From assembly GCA_029570375.1 (NCBI GenBank), contig JAKPXB010000043.1:1225-65224 (forward strand): 64,000 nucleotides of DNA. Reading direction: 5' to 3'. The position numbers and the translations under genes were made by a program. Of the stretch, positions 37,474-49,383 are shown piece by piece (the first letter of the stretch is position 1; each line of letters begins with the position of its first letter). The notes beneath the pieces are model-generated. The model saw only the letters and a program-made list of their open reading frames with translations. It was not told where the DNA came from and searched no databases. This DNA is from Bacillota bacterium (GTDB taxonomy: Bacteria > Bacillota > Clostridia > Saccharofermentanales > DTU023).

Positions 37474-38274
37474 TCATATCTGACCAAGCGTCCCGTTCAT
37501 CCAGGGTTGGCTCCCGAGCCTGTCCAGCAGTTCCTGAACCAGATTCCTGTAGCTGTTCGCGCCTTTTGACCGCTTATCATACTCAAAGATCGTCGTTCCG
37601 TGGCTGGGAGCTTCGCTCAATCGCACATTTCTTGGTATCACCGTACGCAGAAAGTCTTTTTGAAAATACCAGGCAACTTCATCGCGGACTTGTTTGGAGA
37701 GCTGCGTCCGCGAATCAAACATCGTGATAAACACTCCGGCAAGCCTCAAATCGGGATTCGATGACTTACGCACAAGGCCGATCGTGGTCATCAGCTGCAT
37801 AAGTCCCTCCAGCGCGTAATACTCCGCCTGGACCGGTATCAACACAGCGTCCGCGGCGGTCAGGGCATTGACAGTAAGCAAACCGAGAGAAGGAGGGGAG
37901 TCGATCACAAGGAAGTCGTATTGATCGCGAACAGCGGAGAGCGTATTAAAAAGTCGCTTCTCCCGTTTCGCCATCTGGATCAGTTCGACTTCCGCACCGA
38001 CAAGATTGATATTGGCCGGCAGCAGATCGAGTTTTGCCCGCGTTTGGATAATCACCTGTTCAATGCCGCTCACATTGCCAACAAGGAGATCATAGGTTGT
38101 ACAGCGAAGGCTCTTTTTATCGATCCCAAGGCCGGATGTCGAATTGCCCTGCGGATCCATATCAATCAGAAGAACGCGCTTTTTTCTCTCCGCCAGCGCG
38201 GCCGCGATACTGATACACGTAGTTGTTTTCCCGACACCGCCTTTTTGGTTGGCGACCGCGATCACTGTTCCCAT
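37474..38274 (-). CDS. soj: Chromosome partitioning ATPase ParA/Soj
   Basis: Deviant Walker A NQKGGVGKTTT, plus VIDSPPSLG. Confidence 0.9.
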   Translation of the reverse strand: MGTVIAVANQKGGVGKTTTCISIAAALAERKKRVLLIDMDPQGNSTSGLGIDKKSLRCTTYDLLVGNVSGIEQVIIQTRAKLDLLPANINLVGAEVELIQMAKREKRLFNTLSAVRDQYDFLVIDSPPSLGLLTVNALTAADAVLIPVQAEYYALEGLMQLMTTIGLVRKSSNPDLRLAGVFITMFDSRTQLSKQVRDEVAWYFQKDFLRTVIPRNVRLSEAPSHGTTIFEYDKRSKGANSYRNLVQELLDRLGSQPWMNGTLGQI

Positions 38275-38384
38275 ACTGTCCCTTTACCTGAAACTATCCC
38301 GACCTGCTCCACTGCCGACGAAAAAGAAATCCGTCACCTGATAACCTGTTAATTGTACCATGCCGCAATAAGAACATACGTTCC

Positions 38385-39416
38385 CTATAAAGCGAACAAG
38401 GTGTCAATTTCAGCCATTTTCGTCGCATACGACGTCACAAAACGACAGGTGCGCCGTCCGTCGGGCTGTATATTGATCCTCTCAAAAACCGCCTTCTCAC
38501 GGAACATCGCCTCCTCTGACTCGCTCATCAGAACGAACAGCTGGTTGCTCACAGTCGGAGCATAGAATTCAAAACCGTGCTCTCGGAAACGCGAGGCGAG
38601 CACGGCCGCCATTTCATTCTCGTGCCGGCCGATTTCTTCATACAGATGATCGCGGAAGAGTTCTCTGAACTGAAGACCCAGCAGGCGCCCCTTCGCCAGC
38701 AGCCCGCCGCGCTGCTTCATGAGTGACCGGAAATCCTGTTTCAGACTCTCCTTTGCAATGACAACCGCTTCCCCGAAGAGCGCTCCGCACTTCGTGCCGC
38801 CGATCGAGAACACATCCGCCAGCCGTGCGAGCGCCGGAAGGTCTATCGCGGTTTTTCTGATCGCGAGCGCCGAGGCGAGCCTCGCGCCATCGACGAACAG
38901 CGTCAGACCCCATCGGTCCGCCGCCTGACGGATCGCCTGCAAATCGTCCAAACAGTAAACAGTTCCCAATTCCGTTGTCTGCGAGATATATATCATCCCG
39001 GGCTGAACGACATGCTCCGCCGTCGGATCATCCGCGTACAGCCGACAGAATTGATCAATCGCGTCCGCGGACAACAAGCCGTCTTTAGAAGGAATAGCAA
39101 GCACTTTATGCCCGGTCGCTTCGATCGCGCCGGACTCGTGCACATTAATATGTCCTGTTTCCGCGGAGATTACGCCTTGCCACGGTTTAAGCGCACCCGC
39201 CGCGATCACTAAATTGACCTGCGTTCCGCCGACCAGAAAATGCACATCGGCATGAGGCGCGCCGCACATATCTCTGATCAACCCCCTCGCTTCATCGCAG
39301 TACGGATCAAGGCCGTAACCTGTCGTCCGCTCGTCGTTCGTCGCGGACAACGCCTCCAGGATACGCGGATGACAGCCGGTATTGTAGTCATTTTCAAAGG
39401 ATACTCGTTCTTTCAT
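38385..39416 (-). CDS. PLP-dependent threonine aldolase / beta-eliminating lyase family protein
   Basis: FENDYNTGCHPRILEAL, and GGTKCGALFGEAVV with the PLP-binding Lys. Confidence 0.6.
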   Translation of the reverse strand: MKERVSFENDYNTGCHPRILEALSATNDERTTGYGLDPYCDEARGLIRDMCGAPHADVHFLVGGTQVNLVIAAGALKPWQGVISAETGHINVHESGAIEATGHKVLAIPSKDGLLSADAIDQFCRLYADDPTAEHVVQPGMIYISQTTELGTVYCLDDLQAIRQAADRWGLTLFVDGARLASALAIRKTAIDLPALARLADVFSIGGTKCGALFGEAVVIAKESLKQDFRSLMKQRGGLLAKGRLLGLQFRELFRDHLYEEIGRHENEMAAVLASRFREHGFEFYAPTVSNQLFVLMSESEEAMFREKAVFERINIQPDGRRTCRFVTSYATKMAEIDTLFAL

Positions 39417-39627
39417 GGATACCTCTCTGTGATCACCAGATCATTCTATTGTCGCTTCCTCCCGCGGAGCTTGAACGCCGCAGGCTAATCTCTTCATCGG
39501 ATCACCGTTTTTCCGCCGGGCGTAAACCCGTTAACGTATTTGTTTTCATATTGTCAGAAAGACCTTTCGCTGCCGAGCAGAACTGTTACAGCGTTATGTT
39601 CCAATTTATCATCGTTCTCCTAACCGC

Positions 39628-40146
39628 TTAAACACTGTCAAAGTGCGCGATCGACGTATAAGTCAGGCGCCCGTTGATCCGCTCTGATTTCATCAGATCG
39701 AATGCGCAGACTGTTTCGTTGATCCTAACAGGATCCCTGAAATAATATTTACCCGATACCTCGCGCGCTATCGTCACGTGCGGCTTGTAATCCCGCGTTT
39801 CCAAAATGAAACCGCTTGTGCTCAAGCATTTCGCCACATCCGCCTGAAGATCCTGAAGCATTTGCGTCAGTTTGACCCCCGCCCACCAGAGATCGCCGCT
39901 GTTTCTCCTGAAGCACCCCAATCGGTCAAGCACGAGATCAAACGAGCTGAAAGAGAGCGACGAAAGCGCTTCTTTTACTTTCTTCACTTCTTCCTGACTG
40001 CATTCCCCGAGAAAAGCTAATGTCAGGTGCAAATTAGCGGGATCGGTAAATCGCCCGCTTTTAACCGATGAACGCAGAATCCGCTGTATGTCACACAGCC
40101 GCGCCTTTGTTTCTTCACTGAAATTGATAGCGACAAATAACCTCAT
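39628..40146 (-). CDS. thpR: RNA 2',3'-cyclic phosphodiesterase (2H family, ThpR/LigT)
   Basis: Two HxTx motifs: HLTLAF and HVTIAR. Confidence 0.8.
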   Translation of the reverse strand: MRLFVAINFSEETKARLCDIQRILRSSVKSGRFTDPANLHLTLAFLGECSQEEVKKVKEALSSLSFSSFDLVLDRLGCFRRNSGDLWWAGVKLTQMLQDLQADVAKCLSTSGFILETRDYKPHVTIAREVSGKYYFRDPVRINETVCAFDLMKSERINGRLTYTSIAHFDSV

Positions 40147-40321
40147 ATCTTACTCTTCCTGTCTTTGAAAGACCGTTTCCTATATCAATAAGCCATCCGC
40201 ACCTGAGCCGGTCTCATAGTTTAGCTGCCCCTGCCTGTCATCGCTCTGATTTGAATCATAACGCATCCTGAAGAATAATGAGAGCACCTGTGGTTCAGGC
40301 AGTTTCTGCGAACGCTATCGA

Positions 40322-40337
40322 TGTTTCACGTGAAACA
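40322..40337. promoter_or_regulatory. parS: parS centromere site, perfect match to TGTTTCACGTGAAACA
   Basis: An exact 16-bp palindrome read in the thpR-gyrB intergenic region. Confidence 0.85.
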
Positions 40338-40419
40338 TCACAGTTTTTATGGCGATGTGAGAGGCGATGGCGCTTGTACCGGCTTATTCGAGAGCCTTTT
40401 TTGAAGCGCTGATTGTGAA

Positions 40420-40463
40420 AACCCCTGTGACAGCCCTGCCTGTTGGCGTCTGTCACAGGGGTT
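40420..40463 (-). terminator. Intrinsic terminator downstream of gyrB
   Basis: 14-bp stem AACCCCTGTGACAG/CTGTCACAGGGGTT, followed on the minus strand by TTTTC. Confidence 0.65.
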
Positions 40464-40581
40464 GTACGGCTTTGTTGCTATCTTTCTTGCGCGTATTCTC
40501 CGCTTCGTGCGCAAAAGTCAATCCGTTCGCCGTCTTTCGGCACTGCGGGCGCGTGGTTCGCTTCTATTGTCAATCCGCTTT

Positions 40582-42967
<2,386 letters not shown>

Positions 42968-43077
42968 TTTGTTCCTGTTCTCGCTCTTTTTTCACGTTTC
43001 AATTATCCGATAAATTATATCATAAAAATGCTTAAAATGCTTGATTTTGCGCTCTTTGAACATTCCGGTGGAATCTG

Positions 43078-43623
43078 TCATCCGGACTGTTTTATCTCCT
43101 CATTCCAACGTTGAATAACAGGCAGCAGTTCTTCGAACAGGGCTTCTCTGTTCTCCGGTGTTATCTCATAAACGGCTGCTTTGGGATGGAAACGGACGGC
43201 ATTAAGAAATGCTGTATGATGGCTTGCCTTGATGGCAGCCAGCACCGGCTGATTACCATCGAAACAACGGAGAACAGCATCACAGAACAAATCAGCGCCT
43301 GTCTCCATGAAACCGAGCTCATCCATGACAATGACACCCCGCGCGTCACGCAGTGTCTCAACGCCAAGCGACTCAAAGACCTGCAGATTTATCGTGCGGT
43401 TCCTTCCGTCGCAATCGCCGATGTGGTTTTCCTCACTCATCGCGCGCCGAGCGTCATCCGGCTTGTACATGTAAATGCCGTGATACCCTCTGTCGTCCGC
43501 AGACGTACTTCGTGTAATAAATCCGCTCACAGGCGTCTCAAGCGCGCGAAGGAGTTTCTCGACAAGGAAGGACTTACCAACACCGCGCATTCCGCTGATC
43601 ACAATATGCCTTTTCCCATCCAT
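43078..43623 (-). CDS. P-loop NTPase, THEP1/COG1618-like
   Basis: Walker A GMRGVGKS and Walker B VIVMDELGFME, about 180 aa. I prefer Met15 as the start. Confidence 0.5.
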   Translation of the reverse strand: MDGKRHIVISGMRGVGKSFLVEKLLRALETPVSGFITRSTSADDRGYHGIYMYKPDDARRAMSEENHIGDCDGRNRTINLQVFESLGVETLRDARGVIVMDELGFMETGADLFCDAVLRCFDGNQPVLAAIKASHHTAFLNAVRFHPKAAVYEITPENREALFEELLPVIQRWNEEIKQSG

Positions 43624-43691
43624 CTTCCCGTTCTCCCCTGATGTTAGCCTTACGACTGGCGTCATATCCCGGCTCGGGACTTCAGCCCCCT

Positions 43692-44960
43692 TTATCCCAT
43701 CGGCGCATTTGTTCCGGAACCGACTGTACCATTCACGACAGGATAGTAATACACAGAACCAGCGGAACCTTGCGCATACGATGATGCCGGAAAAATCTGA
43801 GCGGGATCCGTACAGGTGATAAAAACCTGATGTCCCTGAATCACTTCCATCAGCAATGAGCGGCGCGAACTGTCCAGTTCAGACATGACATCATCGAGGA
43901 GCAGAATCGGCTTCTCACCCGCTATTTCCGTCAGAATCATGAGTTCCGCTATTTTGAGTGACAGAACGATCGAACGCTGCTGCCCCTGTGATGAAAAGAG
44001 ACGTGCTTCAACACCGTTAAGCGCGAGTGATAAATCATCCCTGTGCGGACCGTTCGATGTACTGCCGCGGGCAATGTCGTCCTCTCTGCCGCGCCTGAGA
44101 CGCTCCAGATACAAGCGTTCGATTGTCTCTCGGCCCATTTCTCTGTCCAGGCCGCTGAAGCCTCGGTATTGAATATCGAGCTGTTCACGCGAGGATGTCA
44201 GGTGACGCAGAGACAACGCGGCATATTCGGAAAGCTTCTCTGTATAATCAAGTCTTTTCTTCAAAATAGAAGAGGACACAGACGCGAGCTGCGCATCCCA
44301 GACATCGAGCTGAGCCCCGCTCTGCGGTGCGGCTATCTCTTCAATATCCAACTCGCTCCCATCCTGATCGAAGGCCGTAAGATTACCGCACAACCGGACT
44401 GTCTCTTCGCGCGCCGACAGGCTGCCCCTGGACTTTATATGTTTCAGCAGCCGGTTGCGCTGTCCGATTATACGCCAAAAGTCCTGCAAATCACGGAAAT
44501 AGGACCGGTCAGTCCGCGAAATCAGGACATTCAGGAAACGGCGGCGCTCGCCCGGCCCCCCCTTGACAATCTGCAAATCCTCAGGAGCAAAAATGATTGC
44601 GTGAAACAATCCCATCATATCCGAAAGGCGTGTAACCTCCAGATCGTTGTAACAGATCGTGCGCGAGGGTGTGCCGTTCCGGTTTGAACTGGGACGGTAC
44701 TCAAGCGAAACGGACTCCTCAAGATTTCTGTCTGTTAAGAAGCGAACGCTGACCCGATAGAAGTCAGAGCCATGTCTGACAAGCTCTTCATCCCGCCCGG
44801 TACGGTGTGACCGCGCGCATGTACATAAATAAATCGCCTCCAGAAGGTTCGTTTTTCCCTGGGCATTGGCGCCGTACAGCACATGTGTACCGTCCGGAAA
44901 AACGAGCTGGAGGTGATCATAATTTCTGAAGTTCGTTAATTCGACAGAACAGAGGCGCAT
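43692..44960 (-). CDS. recF: DNA replication and repair protein RecF
   Basis: Walker A GANAQGKTNLLEAI, signature SQGQQRS, Walker B LLLDDVMSELD. 422 aa, about 50 aa longer than usual. Confidence 0.9.
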   Translation of the reverse strand: MRLCSVELTNFRNYDHLQLVFPDGTHVLYGANAQGKTNLLEAIYLCTCARSHRTGRDEELVRHGSDFYRVSVRFLTDRNLEESVSLEYRPSSNRNGTPSRTICYNDLEVTRLSDMMGLFHAIIFAPEDLQIVKGGPGERRRFLNVLISRTDRSYFRDLQDFWRIIGQRNRLLKHIKSRGSLSAREETVRLCGNLTAFDQDGSELDIEEIAAPQSGAQLDVWDAQLASVSSSILKKRLDYTEKLSEYAALSLRHLTSSREQLDIQYRGFSGLDREMGRETIERLYLERLRRGREDDIARGSTSNGPHRDDLSLALNGVEARLFSSQGQQRSIVLSLKIAELMILTEIAGEKPILLLDDVMSELDSSRRSLLMEVIQGHQVFITCTDPAQIFPASSYAQGSAGSVYYYPVVNGTVGSGTNAPMG

Positions 44961-44976
44961 ATGAGGCGGCTACACC

Positions 44977-46077
44977 CTATCTTCTCAGTGGGAGAATAAG
45001 ATAGAAGAATTTGTCTCCTTCCTCAGGTTTGATCGAGCACGGGCCGAGACTGCCGCTGAACGTCAGCATCACCTGCTCCAGACCAATCTGCCTGAGCACT
45101 TCAATGAAAAACCGCGGGTTGAAGTCAATTTCCACTTTATCACCGGATAGCGCAATCGGAATCTCTTCCTTCGCCGCCCCGATATCAGTCTTCGACTCGA
45201 TCACCATCGTGTCGGAATCGGGTGTATTGAGCGTCACAGGGAAACGCCTGTCATCCGACTCAATCATGATCGACGCGCGTTCAATTGAGGCGAGCAGAAC
45301 GTCCGGCGCGATGAACAGGCTTGTGTCCGCTTCACGGGGAATGATGCTCTTATAATTGAGAAATTCACCTTTTATGAGACGCGTGACGAGTTTGACTTCG
45401 CCCTTATTGAAAATAATATAGTTGTGGGAGGGCGAAATGATCACTTCATCGTCACTGTCAGACATAATCCGGGCAATTTCACCCATCGCTTTTGCCGGAA
45501 CGATAATATTGACATTCGTATCCAGCCCGGAAATATGTTCGTGCCTGACGGCGAGACGGAATCCGTCGAGCGCGACAAGGGTCAGCGTCTCGTGTTCGCA
45601 AATCATATTCAGACCCATCAGAATAGGGCGGCTCTGATCCGAGCTGACAGCAAAGATTGTCTGATTAATCATCTCTTTGAGCGTGCTCTGTTTCACAACA
45701 ATTCTCGTCTCATCTTCAACAAAGCGGATTTCGGGATATCTGTCCGCCGAATAACCGCGAAGGTGGAACAGGCTGCTGCCGCTTTTGATGATCAGAATAT
45801 GATCATCCTGAACTTCCAGATAAACCTGGTTGTCTGGGAGTTTTCGCACCACTTCCGACAGATATTTGGCGGGAACAACAATGCTGCCTTTATTTGAAAT
45901 ATCAGCTTCCATTTTGAATTCTATTCCCGTTTCACTGTCATAGCCGGTGAGAACGAGCTCCTGCTCTGCGACGAGCAGGATGCCGTCCAGTACAGGATCA
46001 GATGACCGCGTCGCTACTACTCGCTGAACGGTAGAGATAGCTTCCATCAGATGATTTCTTGTGCATGTGAGTTTCAT
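44977..46077 (-). CDS. dnaN: DNA polymerase III beta sliding clamp
   Basis: 366 aa starting at MKLTCTRNHLMEAI. Three-domain length, and position directly after dnaA. Confidence 0.9.
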   Translation of the reverse strand: MKLTCTRNHLMEAISTVQRVVATRSSDPVLDGILLVAEQELVLTGYDSETGIEFKMEADISNKGSIVVPAKYLSEVVRKLPDNQVYLEVQDDHILIIKSGSSLFHLRGYSADRYPEIRFVEDETRIVVKQSTLKEMINQTIFAVSSDQSRPILMGLNMICEHETLTLVALDGFRLAVRHEHISGLDTNVNIIVPAKAMGEIARIMSDSDDEVIISPSHNYIIFNKGEVKLVTRLIKGEFLNYKSIIPREADTSLFIAPDVLLASIERASIMIESDDRRFPVTLNTPDSDTMVIESKTDIGAAKEEIPIALSGDKVEIDFNPRFFIEVLRQIGLEQVMLTFSGSLGPCSIKPEEGDKFFYLILPLRR

Positions 46078-46327
46078 GTTGCGCCTCCTGTCTTTCCTTG
46101 CCGCCGTCCGTCTATGATAATTCATCTATCTTCTTCTTAAGGGTGTCAATTCTGTTGATAACCGGTTGACACTGCGTTGGATGTAGCGTTACGCGGTGTT
46201 ACTAGTTTGTTAGGTGTCTGTGATCATTTTGTTAAAAAAGAGCTTTTATCAACGTCCGTTAATTATTCACTTTTTATTAACACGCCTTTCACAGCGAATT
46301 ATTCACAAATGATCATATCTATGTTCA
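46078..46327. other. oriC: oriC part (dnaA-dnaN intergenic DnaA-box cluster plus AT-rich stretch)
   Basis: DnaA-box-like 9-mers: TGTTGATAA 46153-46161, TTATCAACG 46246-46254, TTATTCACT 46263-46271, TTATTAACA 46274-46282, TTATTCACA 46299-46307. The AT-rich run spans about 46221-46300. Confidence 0.7.
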
Positions 46328-47683
46328 TTACTGTAACCGTGATTCAATGTGACTGATCGTTTCAGCCAGCTTAGCATTCTGTTCCAACCCTTCTGTAATT
46401 TTATCACAGGCATGGAGTACCGTAGCGTGGTTCTTACCGCCAAAAGCATTTCCGATCTCTTTAAACGTTTTATCTAGTTTTTTTCGGCAGAGGTACATGG
46501 CAATCTGCCTTGGTTCAACAATGTCCTGACTGCGCTGGCGTGATTTCAGGTCTTCAACTGTGACACCGTAGTAATGAGCGACAATTTCCATAATAAGAGG
46601 AAAATCCAGTTCTTTGACAACCCCGGGTTGAATAACGTTCTGAAGCGCCTGTTTTGCCAGAGGGAGTGTCACGTCGGCGCCGATTAACTGAAGAGCACAG
46701 ATTGTCTTGAATGCTCCTTCAATTTCACGTACATTCGATGTGATATTTTCGGCAATGTATTCAATGATATCCTGATCGATTTCTACACCCTGTGTACGGG
46801 AGAGATTCTTCAGAATAGCCAGGCGCGTTTCGTAGTCAGGCGGGGTGATATCGATGGTAAGCCCGCTGATAAAGCGCGTCCTTAACCGGTCCACGAGCGA
46901 TGTCAGGTTTTGTGGCGGCCTGTCGCATGTAAAAACGAGGTTTTTTCCTGACTCGAATAGGGCGTTGAATGTATAGAAAAATTCTACCTGCATCCGTTCT
47001 TTTGTTTCGATGAACTGAATGTCATCGATTAGGAGCATATCAGCCAGGCGGTAGTGATTCCGAAATTCGTCGAATTCATTTTTCTGTATGCACGTAATAA
47101 ATTCGTTCACAAACTGTTCCGTTTGCACATAAACAACGCGCTTTTCCGGGAATTCCTGACGAACCTGATTGCCGATGGCGTGTAGAAGGTGTGTCTTTCC
47201 GAGACCGGATCCGCCGTAAAGAAACAGAGGATTGTAGTTGCGCGGGCTTTCCATTGAGGCGACAGCGACAGAGGCAGCATGGGCAAAGCTGTTGCCGGGA
47301 CCGACAATAAATGAAGAGAAATTATAGTTCGGGTTAAGCTGTCCCGCTTTAAAAGTGCCGTTGTCATTGACGTCAGCCTGCTCCGGCATTCTCTCTTCTC
47401 TGGAAGGGACGGAGCCGTCAGGGCGCACGGCGATCTCAAGCGTGTACTGAACGCGAGTCGAATCTTTGAGCGCGTTCTCAATCAAAGGCCGATGCTGTTC
47501 AATATATTCTTTCGCGAAATCATTGAGTACGGCAAGGCCGAACACGCGTTCTCCGGAGAAATAAGGCTTCGCGCTGATAAACCAGGTATTGTATGTCAGC
47601 GGGCTCACTTCCTTGCTCAGCGTCTTACTGCAAACGGAATTCCAGATCGATTCAGCGTTGTTTTGCACTCTTGCTGTTTGCAC
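46328..47683 (-). CDS. dnaA: Chromosomal replication initiator DnaA
   Basis: GGSGLGKTHLL, LLIDDIQF, and C-terminal KNHATVLHACDKI. GTG start behind GGAGG. Confidence 0.95.
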   Translation of the reverse strand: MQTARVQNNAESIWNSVCSKTLSKEVSPLTYNTWFISAKPYFSGERVFGLAVLNDFAKEYIEQHRPLIENALKDSTRVQYTLEIAVRPDGSVPSREERMPEQADVNDNGTFKAGQLNPNYNFSSFIVGPGNSFAHAASVAVASMESPRNYNPLFLYGGSGLGKTHLLHAIGNQVRQEFPEKRVVYVQTEQFVNEFITCIQKNEFDEFRNHYRLADMLLIDDIQFIETKERMQVEFFYTFNALFESGKNLVFTCDRPPQNLTSLVDRLRTRFISGLTIDITPPDYETRLAILKNLSRTQGVEIDQDIIEYIAENITSNVREIEGAFKTICALQLIGADVTLPLAKQALQNVIQPGVVKELDFPLIMEIVAHYYGVTVEDLKSRQRSQDIVEPRQIAMYLCRKKLDKTFKEIGNAFGGKNHATVLHACDKITEGLEQNAKLAETISHIESRLQ

Positions 47684-48155
47684 TTTCGCCTCCTCTAAAT
47701 AAAAAAACCTCTTCTGTTTCCCGCAGGGCGGGTACTGATTATCCTATCAGAAAAATCGCTCCGCGAAAAGGAAAAAATACCGAAAATACGGGCCTTTTAG
47801 AGGTTTTCACTACTTTTAAACATCAACAGTTTGTGACTTGCAGCGTGTGAATTGTTAATAATTTTGTTAATAAATCACACAGCGGGAACGGTGTCCCGCT
47901 ATCCTGCCGTTTCGGCATTTTTTTTCTTCGCTTTCTTTAGGCCGTGCCTGCCCGTTTTTTAACAAATACTGTTGATAACTTGTGAATTATTCATTTTCTA
48001 CGTGTTGATAACTTTTTTTCACTTTGTGATTATTTCAGCCGGATGACATGAACATGTCATCCACACGTTAGGTCAATCGGATTGCCCGCCGCGCCTGTCA
48101 CGCAAACGGACATGCCCGGCCGCGCGGCGACGTTCCGGATCGGACAGGGCAGCTG
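47684..48155. other. oriC: oriC part (DnaA-box cluster upstream of dnaA)
   Basis: TGTTAATAA 47853-47861 and 47865-47873; TGTTGATAA 47960-47968 and 47993-48001; TGTGAATTA 47971-47979; TGTGATTAT 48015-48023; TCATCCACA 48047-48055. Confidence 0.65.
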
Positions 48156-49322
48156 TCAGCCCCTGGAGATAACGGTCTCCAGGGCTTCAAGCGTGGTGTC
48201 GATTTCTTTTTCTGTATTCATTGATCCGAATGAGAAGCGGACAGTTCCGGCGGGGAATGTCCCGAGGCTCTGGTGAGCCATAGGCGCACAGTGCAGACCG
48301 ACGCGCGTCATGATGTTCCACCCGTGCTCCAGCTCAAAGGCGACTTCCGCGTTGTCCCGGTCAACAGCTGTTATTGATACAACACTTGTTCTTCCCCCGA
48401 CGCCGGGTAGGCCGACGGTGTTTAGTCCCTTTATGCCGGCGAGACCGTCAAGAAAACGTTTTGTCAGAGCCATTTTCTTTTCGTGCAGCTTCTGAATTCC
48501 CTGTTCTTCCAGAAATATGAGGGCGGCGCGCAGGCCGATAATTCCTGGTATATTCATCGTCCCGCTCTCGTATTTATCGGGCAGAAATACCGGCTGTTCC
48601 AGGCTGTTTGAACGGCTCCCCGTACCGCCGGTGATGAGAGGATCTAGCCTGCCGGCAAGATCTTTCGTAATCACGAAACCGCCGATACCCTGAGGCCCGA
48701 GCAGCCCTTTATGGCCTGTAAAAGCGAGAAAACCGATGTTCATCTCTTCGATATCGATGGGAAGGCTCCCGGCTGTCTGCGCGGAGTCGAGAACAAAGAT
48801 AAGCCCTCTCTCCCTGCACAGGCGGCCGATCGCTTCCACCGGAAGGATCGTCCCGGACACGTTGGAAGCATGGAGGGTAATGAGAGCTTTTGTATCGGGT
48901 TCCAGGACTTTTTCAAAGGCTTCGACCGGTACTTCACCGCGTTCATTCGCCCGGGCGGCGGTGTAGCGGATTCCCTTTGTCTTTGTCAGGCGTGTCAGCG
49001 GACGCATGACAGCGTTATGTTCCATGCCGCTTACCACGACGTGGTCGCCCGGCTGTAAAAAACCGTCAAAAAAAGTATTGAGCGAATAGGTGACGCTTGG
49101 GGTAAATATGACACGGCGGGGGTCACGCGCGCCAAAGAGTTCCGCGAGGCGCTCGCGCGTATCGAGAACATCGCTTTCAACGGAGTACGCCTCCTGATAA
49201 TTTCCGCGACCGATATTGACACCGTGGTTTTCGAGCAGATCCTTCATCGCGGAGCCGACACCGGGAGCTTTCGGGAACGACGTGCTGCTTTGATCAAGGT
49301 AAATTAACTCTCTCATATCCAT
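48156..49322 (-). CDS. Class V aminotransferase-fold PLP enzyme (cysteine desulfurase family)
   Basis: FTGHKGLLGPQG with the PLP-binding Lys, and RVGLHCAP with the active-site Cys. Start at 49322 behind GGAGGAG. Confidence 0.7.
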   Translation of the reverse strand: MDMRELIYLDQSSTSFPKAPGVGSAMKDLLENHGVNIGRGNYQEAYSVESDVLDTRERLAELFGARDPRRVIFTPSVTYSLNTFFDGFLQPGDHVVVSGMEHNAVMRPLTRLTKTKGIRYTAARANERGEVPVEAFEKVLEPDTKALITLHASNVSGTILPVEAIGRLCRERGLIFVLDSAQTAGSLPIDIEEMNIGFLAFTGHKGLLGPQGIGGFVITKDLAGRLDPLITGGTGSRSNSLEQPVFLPDKYESGTMNIPGIIGLRAALIFLEEQGIQKLHEKKMALTKRFLDGLAGIKGLNTVGLPGVGGRTSVVSITAVDRDNAEVAFELEHGWNIMTRVGLHCAPMAHQSLGTFPAGTVRFSFGSMNTEKEIDTTLEALETVISRG

Positions 49323-49383
49323 TGTTCTCCTCCAATACAATCAGGCAAAAGAACCGGCGGTGCGCAAACAGAATATCACAGCG

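Noticed and set aside
39417-39627. 210-bp leader of the threonine-aldolase-like gene as a glycine or other riboswitch
   Set aside because: It lacks the ACCGAAGGGGCAA-type glycine aptamer cores, and I identified no convincing conserved structure.
47700-47830. Hairpins and an A/T-tract upstream of dnaA (CCCGC-AGG-GCGGG; distant AAACCTCT/AGAGGTTT pairing) as a small RNA or terminator
   Set aside because: The stems are short, and the U-tract is separated from the stem by about 12 nt. This is insufficient evidence for an RNA gene.
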